Program-made: the position numbers and the translations under genes
Assembly: GCF_000981445.1 (NCBI RefSeq)
Contig: NC_027217.1
Span: forward strand, 2,666,001-2,730,000
Reading direction: 5' to 3'
DNA: 64,000 nucleotides
Origin: Babesia bigemina
Lineage: Eukaryota
Notes under the pieces: model-generated
What the model saw: the letters and a program-made list of their open reading frames with translations, nothing else
What the model was told of the DNA's origin: nothing
The model's database searches: none
Part shown: piece after piece, positions 63,206-64,000 of the stretch
Position numbering within the stretch: position 1 is the first letter of the stretch
How the letters are laid out: every line of letters begins with the position of its first letter

Positions 63206-64000
63206 TTAAAAAATGCGCTGGCGCAAAATGTGCACAATGTACGCGAGTATCGGTACTAGGGCCATAAGCACCACGGCCAGCGGCCACCGCTTAAAGCTCT
63301 TGATGATGACGTAAAAATCGGCGCCACTGGACGCCAGCTTGTCCTCTAAAAACACGACGTCCGTCACCGGCAGCTGGTGCCGCTGCTCCAGCATGACGCA
63401 CTGCAGCGAACGCGTGGTGTACACGCCGACGGCACCAGTGCCGAACCCCAGGGCGAAGTGTCTGTCGTCCACACCCAAGGACATGCAACTGCAGGCGGCC
63501 CTGCCGACGCTCGCGCTTTTCACGAGCATCAAGTTGCCCGACTCGGCATTGTAGCGCCACATGCTGACGACGCAGTCCGTGGGTTTACGGGGCTCCCACT
63601 CCACAGTCAGCATCTGGTAATGCCCGTCGCGGCAGTTGGAGTTGACGAACCGGCCGAACTTGAACCGCATGGAACTGCGGCGCTTGCACAGGAATTTGGG
63701 TGGCGACAGCTGGTAAAACACCATCTGCTCGCGTGAGATCGACAGCGCCATCTTACCGTCGTGGGCAATGTCACAATCGGTGATCTCGTTGTCGTGGCAC
63801 TTGTACTCCACCAGCTTCAGAGCCACGTTGCTCGGATGCGGGCTGTCGCAGTGGCGGTGCGGAGTGTCGGAGTCCGTGTAAAAATCGGTCTGATCGGTTC
63901 TGCTCGGCGTTCCTTCCGATGACGTGCTCGGTCTGCCAGCACTGCCACCCTCGGAGAGCAAGGGGCGCCCATCAGCTATACCCGACTCCTCCGTCGGCCT
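63206..64000 (-). CDS. WD40 protein with C-terminal TM, Sec12/PREB-like (5' part outside window)
   Basis: WD-like repeats (HDNEITDCDI, HQLPVTDVVF...ASSGAD) followed by a C-terminal hydrophobic helix. Confidence 0.55.
   Translation of the reverse strand, partial: RPTEESGIADGRPLLSEGGSAGRPSTSSEGTPSRTDQTDFYTDSDTPHRHCDSPHPSNVALKLVEYKCHDNEITDCDIAHDGKMALSISREQMVFYQLSPPKFLCKRRSSMRFKFGRFVNSNCRDGHYQMLTVEWEPRKPTDCVVSMWRYNAESGNLMLVKSASVGRAACSCMSLGVDDRHFALGFGTGAVGVYTTRSLQCVMLEQRHQLPVTDVVFLEDKLASSGADFYVIIKSFKRWPLAVVLMALVPILAYIVHILRQRIF

Noticed and set aside
1..64000. tRNA, rRNA or telomeric repeats
   Set aside because: None recognised by eye. tRNAscan-SE and Infernal were not run, so small ncRNAs cannot be excluded.

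Overview
This is eukaryotic, gene-dense piroplasm DNA, most consistent with Babesia sensu stricto (B. bigemina/ovata-like). That assignment is inferred from ~35-nt GT-AG introns, an apicoplast-type IspF, and 6-Cys and ves-like genes. Conserved housekeeping blocks (PITH protein, RPL37A, Sec61-gamma, SLC6 transporter, Timeless-like, NAD kinase, IspF, ABHD17-like, ORC3-like, mitochondrial carrier, cathepsin C/DPAP, RIC1-like, VPS4, PHAX-like, PPIL3-like cyclophilin, Sec12-like) flank two lineage-specific islands at ~0.4-3.9 kb and ~23-46 kb. The key observation is an apparently full-length, intact, recently inserted R4/Dong-type non-LTR retrotransposon (29288-33603, minus strand). It has one 1347-aa ORF with RT, CCHC knuckle and restriction-like endonuclease, and a perfect 17-bp target-site duplication (CCAATATCACTCCTATG). 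It interrupts a 6-Cys (s48/45) gene, and removing the element plus one TSD copy restores one ~956-aa frame. A second, 5'-truncated and decayed copy lies ~2.8 kb upstream in the same orientation, and a much older remnant may lie near 1.9-2.4 kb. Piroplasms are generally regarded as nearly transposon-free, so this is notable. The islands also hold five small Cys-rich single-TM ORFs and two ves-related genes. PHAX-like and VPS4 overlap by an ATGA.
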